Below, piece after piece: positions 50,596 to 58,941 of a stretch of 64,000 bases of DNA (the stretch's first letter is position 1; every line of letters begins with the position of its first letter). This stretch comes from Candidatus Bathyarchaeia archaeon (GTDB lineage: Bacteria > Patescibacteriota > Microgenomatia > PFEM01 > JAFGMK01). The stretch is taken from positions 186,961 to 250,960 of the forward strand of contig DATKWK010000017.1 in assembly GCA_035529595.1 (NCBI GenBank), read 5' to 3'. Under the pieces are notes generated by a model. The model had not been told where the DNA came from, ran no database searches, and worked only from the letters and a program-made list of their open reading frames with translations. The translations under genes and the position numbers were made by a program.

Positions 50596-50904
50596 ATGCC
50601 GAAGGGAAGAATTCGAGTACGTTTAAAAAGCTATGATCATCGAGTAATCGATGAAAGCTGTCAGAAAATTTTGGAGACAGCCTTGACCACCGGTGCTAAG
50701 GTAGCCGGGCCTATTCCTTTGCCGACAAAGAGAAAATTAATAACGGTACTTACTTCCCCCCATACCGATAAAGATGCCCGCGAACACTTTCAGATTTTAA
50801 CCCATAAGCGGTTGATTGATATCCTGGAGCCGACCGATAAAACTATCGACTCCTTGATGCATCTTGAGTTACCGGCTGGCGTTGATATTGAGATAAAAAT
50901 GTAA
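50596..50904 (+). CDS. rpsJ: 30S ribosomal protein S10
   Basis: [33 protein letters not shown]. Confidence 0.98.
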   Translation: MPKGRIRVRLKSYDHRVIDESCQKILETALTTGAKVAGPIPLPTKRKLITVLTSPHTDKDAREHFQILTHKRLIDILEPTDKTIDSLMHLELPAGVDIEIKM

Positions 50905-51102
50905 ACTCAAATTCAATTTCAGATCTCACACCCCACGGATGATATCGCCTTGTGCCTTTCATCTTTTTTGCTGTGAATCAAAATTACGTCTTGAAGGATT
51001 GAACCTTCTTGGAACTCTATTTTCTGATTGACATTTTTGGAAACTTGTCTTACCTAGATTATGAGTCTCTTAATTTTGATGAGATAGTGCTATAATCAAA
51101 CC

Positions 51103-51687
51103 ATGGGAAATTTTAATCGAGACAATAGATCTGGCGGAGGGCGAGATTTTAGCAGGCGGGGGTTTAGTGGAAGAGGTTCAGACAGACAAATGTACAAAGT
51201 AACTTGCAGCAGGTGTGGAAACGAATGTGAAGTACCGTTTAAACCAAGCAGCGGTAAGCCTGTTTTTTGTAGTAAGTGTTTTGAAGACAGTGGAAATTCG
51301 GATGCAAGGAGACCTAGAGGAAAGGATTCTCGAAGCTCTAATTTTGACAACAAACAAATGTATGATGCGGTATGTGATAACTGTGGTAATAACTGTAAAG
51401 TGCCGTTCCGCCCCAGTGGCGGAAAGCCAGTTTACTGCAGCAATTGTTTTAAAGATAAAAATGACAGGGGAGGCAAGAATGCTGACCAATATAAGGAACA
51501 GTTTGAAGCACTGAATGCCAAGCTTGATAAAATATTAAAAATGTTAACGCCTGTCGTCTCCCCGGAAGTCGCTCAAGAAGAAAAAACAGTGGAAAAGATA
51601 GAAGAGCCAAAGCCTAAAAAACGAACCGGTAAAACTGAAAAGAAAAAGACGGTAGTCAATAAAGAATCTTCAACCCAGAAAGAATAA
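51103..51687 (+). CDS. CxxC-x17-CxxC domain protein (two copies)
   Basis: CSRC..VPFKP..KPVFCSKC and CDNC..VPFRP..KPVYCSNC; RG-rich N-terminus. Confidence 0.85.
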   Translation: MGNFNRDNRSGGGRDFSRRGFSGRGSDRQMYKVTCSRCGNECEVPFKPSSGKPVFCSKCFEDSGNSDARRPRGKDSRSSNFDNKQMYDAVCDNCGNNCKVPFRPSGGKPVYCSNCFKDKNDRGGKNADQYKEQFEALNAKLDKILKMLTPVVSPEVAQEEKTVEKIEEPKPKKRTGKTEKKKTVVNKESSTQKE

Positions 51688-51710
51688 GACAAAAAATTTT
51701 TCAGGTCAGT

Positions 51711-51862
51711 CTATCGACGTTTTTTATCTCTCGAAGATTTAGGCGAAGCTGGTTTATTTGGTCTGGCTTTTTCTAATTCAGCTCTCAAAGCTGCTATTTC
51801 TTCTTGCAAATGCCTGTTTTGTCCTCTTAAGTCTAGCAGAGTTTCTTCTGCCGCTGCCCACC
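51711..51862 (-). pseudogene. Headless coiled-coil gene remnant ending at a family-A repeat
   Basis: WAAAEETLLDLRGQNRHLQEEIAALRAELEKARPNKPASPKSSRDKKRR*; no start; frame runs into the repeat and stops. Confidence 0.45.
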
Positions 51863-51903
51863 TTTTGATACACCTTCAAGGTGTCTCAGGTAGGACACCT
51901 TGG
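51863..51903 (+). repeat. Family-A hairpin repeat
   Basis: TTTTGATACACCTTCAAGGTGTCTCAGGTAGGACACCTTGG; 38/41 identical to 55040-55080. Confidence 0.8.
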
Positions 51904-51996
51904 AACAATTGACCGGTCAACTGAGCTAGAATATCCAGAGTTTACGCCCAAGGAGTTAATTGATTTCTATCGACATCTTAGATGACTCTAAAGGGT

Positions 51997-52455
51997 CTAC
52001 CGCCTTGGATTCAGAAAGACCTCTACTCGTTTATCAATCGGCGCATTTGGATCTAAGATATAAAATTTCTCAGGAACGATTTTAAAAAGGCGATAAGGAG
52101 CCGAACTCTTAAAAGATTCTGGTTTGCATTCTATATAGGTCGTTGAGTACCACTTAAGAGCCTGTTTTATCTCCTTATCTTTTTTAAGGAAATAGACAAT
52201 TCCTGATGCTTGGATTCCATTCCCTTTCCCTTCGGGTAGGCAGGAATCGAAAATGGCAAAGGCTACTTTTGAATTTTTAAAGATTTGTCTGGTATGGACT
52301 GAATCCATTTGAGAAATATAATAGAAGTGATATTTATCATCAATGCAGTAATAGAGTGGAGCAATCCAGGGGTCACCGTCAGCAGTCGCTAAGGTAAGAT
52401 AAATGTTGTTCTTAATAATATCTTTCGCGATTTTATTAAATTCTTCTTGTTTCAT
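51997..52455 (-). CDS. Pyridoxamine 5'-phosphate oxidase-like FMN-binding protein
   Basis: YLTLATA..PWIAPLYY, SxHTRQI..NSKVAFAIFD split-barrel pattern. Confidence 0.8.
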   Translation of the reverse strand: MKQEEFNKIAKDIIKNNIYLTLATADGDPWIAPLYYCIDDKYHFYYISQMDSVHTRQIFKNSKVAFAIFDSCLPEGKGNGIQASGIVYFLKKDKEIKQALKWYSTTYIECKPESFKSSAPYRLFKIVPEKFYILDPNAPIDKRVEVFLNPRR

Positions 52456-52582
52456 TGATTACTCCGATCAGGTCTGATCTTTAATATAATTCTAGCACGA
52501 GAAGATAACTGATTAAATCTTTGTTACAATTTTAACAAAATTCTTTGCTTTTTAGGTTGCAGTAAGGGTATAATCTCCCGAT

Positions 52583-53518
52583 ATGCCAACAACGGAACGA
52601 TTAAACAATTCACTTACTCTTGCTGACATGTTTTTTGATCCAGAAGAGTATCTTGATAGAGTATCTCGTGCCCAAAGTCTTATAGAAGAGAACTCGCCTT
52701 CTGGATTTATTCCTCGCGTAGCTTTAACTTTAGGCTCTGGAGGATTAGGCGGACTAGTGGACGTCATTGATCGTGTCAAGACGATCCCATATGCAAATAT
52801 TCCGGGATTTAAAAGAACAACAGTGGCCGGACACGAAGGTAATCTGGTAATTGGATATATTGCAAAAGTACCAATGATTGGCTTTCAAGGCAGGCGGCAC
52901 TTTTATGAGGAAGGCGGGCAACCCAATCAGGTAATTGCCTTAAAGAACTTAACATTCCCTGTTTATGTAGCGCGCGCTTTAGGAGCAGAATTATACCTTG
53001 CTACTAATGCCGCTGGTGGTTTGAATCCGAAATATAAGCCCGGAGAGTTGATGATTATAAAATCTCACATTGATCTTTTTTTTCCTAACCCGCTAGTTGG
53101 TCCGCAAGTTAATTTTATGGATTCAATGAGATTCCAACCTCAAAATGGAGAATACGATCCAGAGCTACGCGCTTTATTGCGCAAAGCAGCGGCAAGTGTC
53201 GGTGAAACAGAAACTATGCACGAAGGAGTTTATTGTGCGGTAACAGGACCAACATATGAATCAATGGCTGACTCTCAATTATTACGGAAATTAGGAGCAG
53301 ACGCAGTAGGAATGTCAACAGTTCCTGAGATTATTGTAGCGACAAATCTGGGGATGAAAACTCTGGGACTTTCTCTTATAACCAATGTTATTGCTAAAGA
53401 CGGGACAAACGCTACTTCTCATGAAGCGGTGATGGAGGCACTTAACGATCCTAGGACGGAAGAGAGATTATTAAAAATAACTCAGGAATTTTTTCAAACA
53501 GTCCAGTTTTTGTCTTAG
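52583..53518 (+). CDS. punA: Purine-nucleoside phosphorylase (trimeric type)
   Basis: LGSGGLG, GHEGNL, QGRRHFYE, TNAAGG, GPTYES, VGMSTVPE. Confidence 0.92.
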   Translation: MPTTERLNNSLTLADMFFDPEEYLDRVSRAQSLIEENSPSGFIPRVALTLGSGGLGGLVDVIDRVKTIPYANIPGFKRTTVAGHEGNLVIGYIAKVPMIGFQGRRHFYEEGGQPNQVIALKNLTFPVYVARALGAELYLATNAAGGLNPKYKPGELMIIKSHIDLFFPNPLVGPQVNFMDSMRFQPQNGEYDPELRALLRKAAASVGETETMHEGVYCAVTGPTYESMADSQLLRKLGADAVGMSTVPEIIVATNLGMKTLGLSLITNVIAKDGTNATSHEAVMEALNDPRTEERLLKITQEFFQTVQFLS

Positions 53519-53604
53519 GATAGGAAAACTAGACCCAGAGGGAATAAAGAAGCATCTTAAAAGATTCAATTTAGGCCTCGGAGCTTCAATAAGTTTTTCT
53601 TGTT

Positions 53605-54942
53605 TCATTTTTCTCCTTCTTTAAGTTTCCTGGCGATTCCTTCGTAGGCATTTAGTTCTACCAAATCCCCATTTTGAAAGATCTTAGTTGCCTTTTTCGT
53701 GCCAACAATACAAGGGATGCCGAATTCTCTGGAAACGATCGCCGCATGGCACAAAATACCGCCGAAATCGGTAATTATCCCGGCAGCTTTAACGATAGCG
53801 GGGACTAACTTTGGGTGAGTCATAGAAGAAACAATAATGTCTCCCTTGTTAACCTTAGGTATGTCTTCAATTTCATAAATAAGCTTTACTTTGCCTGTTG
53901 CCCTTCCTCTATTAGCTACGGTTCCTTTTACGGTTGTTCCCGTTACGAACCTGTGGACTGCTTTCTTTACTCTTTTACCGGACAAAAGCGTATATTTACC
54001 ATTCTCTTCAATTAAGGCGTAGTTAGTCATTCTATTTTTGACTTCCTCTTTATTAACTTTTGACTTAGCTCTTAGTAAGTCGATAATCTCGTCGCCAGTA
54101 AAATAAACAAGTTCCTTACCCTGCAAGCCTAACCTTTGCGCTATTGTTTTAAGTAAAGGGTAAACGTGATAATGAGCCAAAAAGAAAACATCCAGTCGAT
54201 AGGTCTGTAAATAAATAAATTCTCGTCCCAAATCAATCAAGTCAGTTAATCTTGGAGATTCTTCTATTTGCTTAAACGCCTCTTGATAACTTTCCCGGGT
54301 TTCTTCTTTAATTCTTTTTGTTTCTTTTAGCCTCTTTTCAGGATTTTCCTTAATCAAGTTTTCAGCCTTCTTTAATACTTCCTCTTTGGTCTGAAATTTG
54401 CCTAAATAGGCAATAGAGGACATCCAGGCAAATCTTTTAAGATAGGCTTTTATTTTCTGCTCAAGAGCTGCTTTTTTATCCTTAATGCCAAGGTCCGCAT
54501 TAAAGGCGTTAATAATTTCCTTTTTAATGACATTATCTAGTACCAATGTTCCATTCATAAAAGGCATTAAACCCAAAACAGAATTTTGATATTTCTGATA
54601 TAGAGATAACAATTGAAAATTATTCAATTCCGGCAAGTCTTTCACTGAGGCAACTTCCTTTGATGTCTTAGCCATTCTGCCACTGTATTGATAGCAAAGA
54701 TTAACAAATCGCCTCAAAAAGTTTTTATCCGATTTGATTTTCAAAGACAGCTTCTTCTCAAGCTTAGTCCACTCGTTTAAATCAATAAAGATCTCATCTG
54801 AAACAATTTTTCCGTTTAATAAACTTGCTTTGATTTCTAAGGAGTTTTTAAAGTATTTCTCTTTGTGGCCTTCAAAAACATACCATTGGAACAGAATCGA
54901 GGTTTTAGCTTTAACGATTGGCTGCCATTTTATCTTAGCCAT
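53605..54942 (-). CDS. PEP-utilising enzyme mobile (His swivel) domain protein
   Basis: C-terminal GGILCHAAIVSREFGIPCIVG; helical N-region; no ATP-grasp domain. Confidence 0.8.
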   Translation of the reverse strand: MAKIKWQPIVKAKTSILFQWYVFEGHKEKYFKNSLEIKASLLNGKIVSDEIFIDLNEWTKLEKKLSLKIKSDKNFLRRFVNLCYQYSGRMAKTSKEVASVKDLPELNNFQLLSLYQKYQNSVLGLMPFMNGTLVLDNVIKKEIINAFNADLGIKDKKAALEQKIKAYLKRFAWMSSIAYLGKFQTKEEVLKKAENLIKENPEKRLKETKRIKEETRESYQEAFKQIEESPRLTDLIDLGREFIYLQTYRLDVFFLAHYHVYPLLKTIAQRLGLQGKELVYFTGDEIIDLLRAKSKVNKEEVKNRMTNYALIEENGKYTLLSGKRVKKAVHRFVTGTTVKGTVANRGRATGKVKLIYEIEDIPKVNKGDIIVSSMTHPKLVPAIVKAAGIITDFGGILCHAAIVSREFGIPCIVGTKKATKIFQNGDLVELNAYEGIARKLKEGEK

Positions 54943-55039
54943 CAATTTAATTTTACCAAAATTTTACTTAAAGTTCTCCTGCTTTATTCAACCTTCTACT
55001 TCAGGGGTGATTTAGCTTTACACCCCCGGAAATTTTCTT

Positions 55040-55080
55040 TTTTGATACACCTTCAAACTGTCCCAGGTAGGACACCTTGG
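55040..55080 (+). repeat. Family-A hairpin repeat
   Basis: TTTTGATACACCTTCAAACTGTCCCAGGTAGGACACCTTGG; direct repeat of 51863-51903. Confidence 0.8.
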
Positions 55081-55214
55081 GAAATAATACCGCTCCCGAT
55101 GTGGTTTTCTCCTTATGTATCGGGATAATGAAGTTCTGAATCAGTCCTATCAGCTCCGCGGGATGGACGATGTTAGAGCGAATTATTGCTTCGTCGCAAG
55201 TTTCGCAGTTGTCT

Positions 55215-55324
55215 GTCATTCTGGAGCGTCAGCGATAGAATCTCCTTTTTCACTTTGAGATCCTATCGAGTCGAGGTATCGACTCTCCAGGCTGACAAAG
55301 TGTGCCAGTAAATCTGAACCCTTA
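55215..55324. repeat. Palindromic REP/MITE-like element, family B
   Basis: GTCATTCTGGAG...AGATCC...CTCCAGGCTGAC plus tail shared with 11733-11769. Confidence 0.72.
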
Positions 55325-55338
55325 TACAAACTTAGAAA

Positions 55339-55617
55339 TTATTTTATTTTCCAATATTTTAACTGTCCTAAATAAAGGCAAAGGGAAAACAGTACCGTAA
55401 CAAAAATTGTCGAAAAATCCGTGAAGAAAAAACCCAGATCAATTAAGCTCTTATCCCCTGTTAGGCGAAGAGAAAAACCCGCTGAATAAACCAGGAGTGG
55501 CAGTAAAAAATAAACGGCTTTCTTCCGGCTGACCTTAAAATCTCTTAATAAAGAGAAAATCAGCCGGCTGGAGATTATAAAAACGACAGTCTCAGCAAAG
55601 ATTGTCTTAATAAGCAT
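55339..55617 (-). CDS. Small hypothetical membrane protein (3 TM)
   Basis: 92 aa hydrophobic; AGGAGG SD and TGCTACAAT upstream. Confidence 0.65.
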   Translation of the reverse strand: MLIKTIFAETVVFIISSRLIFSLLRDFKVSRKKAVYFLLPLLVYSAGFSLRLTGDKSLIDLGFFFTDFSTIFVTVLFSLCLYLGQLKYWKIK

Positions 55618-55902
55618 AAATCCTCCTCATCGGAGGATTGTAGCATATAGAAATTTTATTATCTTTTAATAAAATATTAAGAGTGCACCTGGGGTGAAAC
55701 AGCCTACCTTTCGGCAGACAAGGCTTGGCGCCTAGGGAGTTGGGTATATTAAGTTCCAGCTAGCTCCATCCTAGGATTACCTGTCCGCCTCTGGCGAATC
55801 TAACTGATAGTTTATCACAAGCTACGGTTTTAACTGAAGTCAAAGCGGACGAACCAGGATAACGGCTAAAAAACCGTTATTCAGCATTCTCTTGATTGGT
55901 TC

Positions 55903-56030
55903 TTGAATATTAGAAGAGTAATTAGTATAATTAGCCCATTCTTTAAATATGGAGATTGAATTTCCATCCATATAAGTTAATTTCTGCCAAGAGAAGCGCT
56001 TTTTTAAAGGGTGCCTCGGGCACTCTTTTT
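55903..56030 (+). promoter_or_regulatory. rplC promoter and leader terminator-like hairpin
   Basis: TTGAAT-17-TATAAT; AAAGGGTGCC-TCG-GGCACTCTTTTT 10 nt before ATG. Confidence 0.6.
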
Positions 56031-56040
56031 GGTGGTAAAA

Positions 56041-56796
56041 ATGATCAATAGTCTTTTTGGGATTAAAACCGAGTCGACACGAAAATATGATCAGGAAGGA
56101 ACCCAGATTCCGGTGACTGAGATTTGGGTTGGACCGATGATGGTAACGCAGATTAAAAACCGGGAGAAAGACGGTTATTCGGCCCTTCAGCTTGGCATTA
56201 GCCGAAGAAATTTTTCCCGCCTTAAAAAGCCGCAGCAGGAATACTTTAAAGGAGCCGGAATTGATAAGGCTCCTTTATATTTGCGGGAAGTTAAAATTGA
56301 AGATAACTCTTCCTCTTCCTATAAAGTTGGAGATGAGATTTCACCAGCCGACGTTTTAAAGGCCGGTGACTTGGTTAACGTTGCCGGGGTGTCAAAAGGC
56401 AAGGGTTTTACCGGCGTTGTTAAAAGATGGCACTTTGCCGGCGGACCAAAAACTCATGGACAATCGGACAGACAGCGTGCGCCGGGATCAATCGGTCAAA
56501 CTACCACGCCTGGGCGTGTCTATAAGGGTAAAAAAATGGCTGGCAGATCAGGAGGAAAAAGAGTAACAATTAAAAATCTGGTGGTTATGAAAGTAGATCA
56601 AGAAAACAACACTCTCTTGATCAAAGGACTGGTGCCGGGAGCCCGAAAGGGTTTACTTGAGATTAGAAGAGTAGGTCAGGCAAAGAGATTCATCTCCTTG
56701 TTGGAGAAGGGGCAAGGGATTTTTTTTGATGAAAGGAAAGAAAAAGCTGGCAAGAAAGAAACGGGGAAGAAAGAATCAGAGGAAAAAAATAATTAA
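56041..56796 (+). CDS. rplC: 50S ribosomal protein L3
   Basis: SKGKGFTGVVKRW, THGQSDRQRAPGSIG, GKKMAG; ATG 56041. Confidence 0.97.
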   Translation: MINSLFGIKTESTRKYDQEGTQIPVTEIWVGPMMVTQIKNREKDGYSALQLGISRRNFSRLKKPQQEYFKGAGIDKAPLYLREVKIEDNSSSSYKVGDEISPADVLKAGDLVNVAGVSKGKGFTGVVKRWHFAGGPKTHGQSDRQRAPGSIGQTTTPGRVYKGKKMAGRSGGKRVTIKNLVVMKVDQENNTLLIKGLVPGARKGLLEIRRVGQAKRFISLLEKGQGIFFDERKEKAGKKETGKKESEEKNN

Positions 56797-56811
56797 TTCG
56801 GGAGGAAATTA

Positions 56812-57507
56812 ATGCCGGAGGTAGATATTTACGCGTCTGATGGACAAAAAAAGGGTAAATTAAATTTACCCAGAGAAATTTTTGCCGCCAAAGTTAACTC
56901 TGTCCTTTTAGCTCAAGCGGTACGGGTTTTCCTGTCTAATCAGCGCTGTGCTAAAGCTAAAGTCAAGACCAGAGGCGAGGTGGCAGGTTCAGGAAAAAAA
57001 ATCTGGCGGCAGAAGGGGACCGGCCGTGCCAGGCACGGAGATCAATATGCGCCGATTTTTGTCGGGGGCGGAGTGGCCCACGGACCGACCGGCCGAGAAA
57101 ATTATTCTTTAAAGTTGTCCCGGAGAATGAGGCGGGAAGCCCTCTTTTCCGCCTTAACCGCTAAGCTTAAGGCAGACGAAATCTTGGTGGTCGAAGGCCT
57201 GGAAAAAATTAAACCGAAGACAAAGGAAATCGATCAGCTTTTTAAAAAGATTCTTGGAAAGAAGAAAAAAATTTCTCTGGTTCTGCCTGGGGTATTAGAT
57301 AATCTCGTTCGGGGTTCGAGGAATATTGGCAAAATTCGATTAGTCCAAGCCAATCTGTTAAATGCTTATCAAGTTTTAAATGGGGGCAGTCTCGTCTTGC
57401 TGCCTGAAAGTATCCAAGTTATAGAAAAAACCTTTTTGAAAGATAAGAGCTCGGGTAAAGCTAAAATTACCAGGCCTAAAAAAAAGCTTAAAGAAAATGA
57501 ATCTTAA
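56812..57507 (+). CDS. rplD: 50S ribosomal protein L4
   Basis: KIWRQKGTGRARHG, GGGVAHGP. Confidence 0.97.
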   Translation: MPEVDIYASDGQKKGKLNLPREIFAAKVNSVLLAQAVRVFLSNQRCAKAKVKTRGEVAGSGKKIWRQKGTGRARHGDQYAPIFVGGGVAHGPTGRENYSLKLSRRMRREALFSALTAKLKADEILVVEGLEKIKPKTKEIDQLFKKILGKKKKISLVLPGVLDNLVRGSRNIGKIRLVQANLLNAYQVLNGGSLVLLPESIQVIEKTFLKDKSSGKAKITRPKKKLKENES

Positions 57508-57790
57508 AACTGTTTTGAAAAGACCGATTATTACTGAGAAATCAATGAAAGAGGCGTCTTTCGGCAGATATGCCTTTGAAATTGATAAGCAGGCCACCAA
57601 GATCGACGCGAGGAAGGCAGTGACAAAGTCTTTTGGAGTCCACCCTGTCTCTGTAAAAGTGGTTAACACTAAAGGTAAGCTTAGATGGGCGAGGGGCCTT
57701 CATCGTAAAACGGCAACCCCAAATCGGAAAAAAGCGATTGTCACTCTTAAGGAGGGAGAAAAAATCGATATATTTGAGGCTGGTGAATAA
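57497..57790 (+). CDS. rplW: 50S ribosomal protein L23
   Basis: PIITEKS, KKAIVTL; synteny. Confidence 0.95.
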   Translation: MNLKTVLKRPIITEKSMKEASFGRYAFEIDKQATKIDARKAVTKSFGVHPVSVKVVNTKGKLRWARGLHRKTATPNRKKAIVTLKEGEKIDIFEAGE

Positions 57791-57792
57791 TT

Positions 57793-58623
57793 ATGTCTAT
57801 TAAACTGGTCAAGCCAACTACATCCGGAAGGCGCTTTGCTTCTTTTTTGAATAAAAAGGAGTTAAGTAAAGCGAGACCGGTTAAGAAATTAACCAGGATC
57901 AAAAAGAACAAGGCCGGTCGCAATTTCTCTGGTCGGGTTACCGTCCGCCATCATGGAGGTGGCCACAAACAACTGTTGCGGAAAATTGATTTCGTAAGAC
58001 GGAATAAGCCAAATATTCCGGCTAGAGTCGTTTCTTTAGAATACGACCCTAACCGGGGAGCAAGTATTGCTTTATTAGTTTATAATGACGGGGAAAAGAG
58101 ATATGTTCTGGCGCCTGACGGATTGAAGATTGGCGACCAGTTAATTACCGGAGAAAAAGTTGATTTTAAAGTCGGTAATGCTCTTCCCTTGGCGGAGATT
58201 CCTGTTGGCCTGCCGATTCACAATGTTGAAATTAGACCGGGTAAAGGAGGCCAAATAGCCCGGGGAGCCGGTAATGCAGCAACGATTCTCAGTAAAGAGG
58301 GAAAATGGGCAGTTTTGAAGCTTCCTTCTGGCGAAAGGAAAAAATTTTCGCTTTCTTGTTTTGCTACCATCGGTCAGGTTAGCAACCCTGAAGTAAAGCT
58401 AATCAGTCTTGGTAAAGCCGGTAGAAAGAGACATATGGGTTGGCGGCCGGCAGTGCGGGGCGTCGCTATGAATCCGAACGCTCATCCTCACGGTGGTGGC
58501 GAAGGACGTTCGGGTATTGGCATGCCTTCTCCTAAAAGTCCTTGGGGTAAAAAGACTTTGGGAAAAAAAACCAGGAAGCGTCGAAAATACAGCGATAAAT
58601 TAATTATAAAAAGGAGAAAATAG
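57793..58623 (+). CDS. rplB: 50S ribosomal protein L2
   Basis: [24 protein letters not shown]. Confidence 0.98.
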   Translation: MSIKLVKPTTSGRRFASFLNKKELSKARPVKKLTRIKKNKAGRNFSGRVTVRHHGGGHKQLLRKIDFVRRNKPNIPARVVSLEYDPNRGASIALLVYNDGEKRYVLAPDGLKIGDQLITGEKVDFKVGNALPLAEIPVGLPIHNVEIRPGKGGQIARGAGNAATILSKEGKWAVLKLPSGERKKFSLSCFATIGQVSNPEVKLISLGKAGRKRHMGWRPAVRGVAMNPNAHPHGGGEGRSGIGMPSPKSPWGKKTLGKKTRKRRKYSDKLIIKRRK

Positions 58624-58637
58624 GAGCAGAACTTAAA

Positions 58638-58922
58638 ATGGGAAGGTCAGCCAAAAAAGGACCATATGTCGACCAGAAGCTAACAAAGAAGGTCAACGCT
58701 CAAAAGCAGACGGGTAGGGCAGAACCGATTAAAACCTGGGCGCGAGCAAGCCAGATTCCGCCTGAGTTTGTAGGCCATACCTTTAAAGTTCACAATGGTA
58801 AGATTTTTTTTGATGTTTACGTGACTGAAGCAATGGTTGGGCATCGTTTAGGTGAATTTGCGCCTACGCGGACATTCAGGGGACACGGAAGAATAGTCAA
58901 AAGAATTATTACGAAAACATGA
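58638..58922 (+). CDS. rpsS: 30S ribosomal protein S19
   Basis: [18 protein letters not shown]. Confidence 0.98.
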   Translation: MGRSAKKGPYVDQKLTKKVNAQKQTGRAEPIKTWARASQIPPEFVGHTFKVHNGKIFFDVYVTEAMVGHRLGEFAPTRTFRGHGRIVKRIITKT

Positions 58923-58941
58923 ACGTTAGTACCTGAAATTT

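Noticed and set aside
52456-52582. Purine riboswitch upstream of PNP
   Set aside because: The -10 box lies 8 nt from the ATG, leaving no room for an aptamer.
54734-55219. ORFs 54734-55015, 54865-55128 and 55001-55219
   Set aside because: They are antisense to the PEP-domain gene or run through the palindrome cluster.
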